Assembly: GCA_964106915.2 (NCBI GenBank)
Contig: OZ066923.1
Length of the DNA: 64,000 nt
Reading direction: 5' to 3' (one strand)
From: Podarcis gaigeae
Taxonomy: Eukaryota
Every line of letters starts with the position of its first letter. Position 1 is the stretch's first letter. Positions 62,906-64,000 of this stretch are shown here, in pieces. The position numbers and the translations under genes were made by a program. The notes below the pieces were generated by a model that worked only from the letters and a program-made list of their open reading frames with translations, was not told the origin of the DNA and did no database searches.

Positions 62906-63259
62906 GGTAAAGGTAAAGGGACCCCTGACCATTAGGTCCAGTTGTGACCGACTCTGGGGTTGCGGCACTCATCTTGCTTTATTGGCCGAGGGAGCTGGTG
63001 TACAGCTTCCGGGTCATGTGGCCAGCATGACTAAGCCACTTCTGGTGAAAACAGAGCAGCGCATGGAAATGCCGTTTACCTTCCCGTCGGAGCGGAACCT
63101 ATTTATCTACTTGCACTTTGACATGCTTTCGAACTGCTAGGTGGGTAGGAGCAGGGACCGAGCAACAGGAGCTCACCCCGTCGTGGGGATTTGAACCGCC
63201 GACCTTCTGATCAGCAAGCCCTAGGCTCTGTGGTTTAACCCACAGCGCCACCTGCATTC
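62906..63259 (-). mobile_element. Full-length Sauria/Squam1 SINE, reverse strand
   Basis: Reverse complement of the same family. TSD TTTATC(G/A)CAGGTA at 62897-62909 and 63260-63272, with one CpG-type mismatch and partial overlap with the tail. Confidence 0.92.
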
Positions 63260-64000
63260 TTTATCACAGGTATATTATTATTAATAATTATTATTATTAT
63301 TATCTGGTGAACCTATGGCTCTTCAGATGTCTCTGACTACCATCAGCCCCAACCAGCATGACCAGTGGTTGAGGATTATGGAAGTTGGAGCTCAACAATG
63401 TCTTGAGGAGCACAGGTTCTGCATCCATCCTCTATGGATACTCAATGTGGAGTCAGCTCATACATCTCCCCCCGCACCCCCATTCTGCTTTGCAGAATTT
63501 CCTGGATGTGAAGTTCTTACCCTCTGCACTTTTCCATCTCATGTCAAACTATCTGAAGTGACTGTATAAGTATATATGAAAATCTATGTATTTGGGGCTG
63601 ATGGAATGTAATAATGAAGAGCTATGAGTCAAAGGAATCCCTCACCCACATCTCATTTCAGCTCAGCTATAATTTTTTAGGCAGGACACCACCAGTAACC
63701 TCCATATTGCAGAAGGGGACAGGAAGCTAAGGGGTAGAAGAAAAAGCCTAATGCATTTCAGACCTCTCAGGTCCTCCTTCAGGAAATTCTATAAATAAAA
63801 TTATTTGTATGCAATTTTCTTTGGGAATTCTGAAAACTGCATGTACTACCTTTGTATATCATAACAGATTTTAAAAGAACAATGAAAGAATAATTGTAAC
63901 CAATACAGATAGAAAACGTGCATAAAGTATTTGTGGTTATATATTAATATGATGAAAGCAGTATATCTACAATGACATTGATTACTTAAACACAGCAGTT

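Overview
Vertebrate genomic DNA, almost certainly from a squamate and most likely a lacertid lizard: it carries Podarcis-type Sauria/Squam1 SINEs, a BovB fragment and Squam2/3-like SINEs. It contains one protein-coding gene, BTG1, on the + strand. BTG1 has two coding exons (32371-32518 and 35235-35599, 170 aa), a TATA/CCAAT/CRE/FOXO promoter in a CpG island, and a 3' UTR dense in miRNA seed sites that is interrupted by a 280-N assembly gap. The rest is gene-poor flank full of transposon relics: SINEs, 5'-truncated LINEs (BovB, L1/Tx1, CR1, L2), several MITE families, a solo LTR and microsatellites, often nested and often with readable target-site duplications (TSDs). Nearly all other ORFs in the track are spurious. 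I do not see a new multi-gene system. The best leads are regulatory: a uORF plus a weak-Met1/stronger-Met11 start arrangement in BTG1, a G-run block behind a non-consensus splice donor, a CCAAT-array solo LTR facing the gene, an orphan CpG patch, and an abundant unclassified ~85-bp hairpin repeat. Family names come from recognition by eye, not from database searches.
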